Positions 63,730 to 64,000 of a stretch of DNA of 64,000 nucleotides are shown one piece after another (position 1 is the first letter of the stretch; each line of letters opens with the position of its first letter). Position numbers and translations under genes: made by a program. Origin of the DNA: Raillietiella orientalis. Taxonomy: Eukaryota. The notes under the pieces were generated by a model. That model made no database searches and was not told the origin of the DNA. It saw only the letters and a list, made by a program, of their open reading frames with translations. The stretch spans positions 4,092,001 through 4,156,000 of the forward strand of contig JAYWIR010000012.1 in NCBI GenBank assembly GCA_036172245.1, written 5' to 3'.

Positions 63730-64000
63730 CAGCTTACCAGGAAACCACGACCCTGTCCGGAGACCTCCAGGGGGTCGAGAACGCCGTAGAAGACCGTAAC
63801 GCTTGTTCCAGGCTACCATCTAAACGCTCCAGGAATTTGGCAGAGGGAACATTCTCTCGCGCGAAGCCCGAACACTTCCGCGGATGTGGAGAGGTGGAGG
63901 AGTCGATGGCAGAGCACCCGCAGGGTCCGCGTGAAAATCCTGAAGGGGAATAGAAAGCAAGAAAGGAGAGCGCTTGAGGGAGGGAGGAGCTGAAGAGGAC
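63730..64000 (-). mobile_element. probable decayed LINE RT fragment at the start of the next GC-rich block
   Basis: SPSGFSRG..AI and DGSLEQAL are in the order expected for QxGF..GR and D.EKAFD. Weak match. Confidence 0.3.

Noticed and set aside
1..64000. tRNA, rRNA, CRISPR arrays and hammerhead ribozymes
   Set aside because: No cloverleaf, repeat-spacer array or complete CUGANGA/GAAA core with supporting stems was found by eye. A covariance-model scan would be needed to exclude them.

Overview
Eukaryotic, arthropod-like genomic DNA with a strong compositional mosaic. AT-rich, CpG-poor blocks carry compact genes with very short introns (mostly 38-60 nt): pyruvate carboxylase (-, 16 exons), Vps28 (+), a TGF-beta/activin type I receptor of the baboon/ALK4-5-7 class (-) and RpS7 (+). 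GC-rich blocks (about 1-6.4 kb, 17.7-43 kb and beyond 63.7 kb) carry a beaten-path (Beat)-type Ig gene and many decayed L1/Tx1-like LINE fragments in both orientations, plus one R2-superfamily (NeSL/Utopia-like) 3' fragment. A hAT-type non-autonomous element sits at the GC/AT boundary. The main observations are: (1) a 7.6-kb cassette of phase-locked, apparently mutually exclusive ectodomain exons in the receptor gene, with two intact, one damaged and further divergent candidates; (2) a LINE family with structured non-coding regions, namely hairpin clusters directly 5' of the ORF2 endonuclease start in four copies, a shared 3'-terminal stem-loop after AATAAA, and a ~750-nt UNCG-tetraloop-rich 3' UTR; (3) Vps28 and the receptor ending only 26 nt apart. 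Exon structures were derived by hand from GT-AG sites and frame continuity. No database searches were run, and TE boundaries are approximate.
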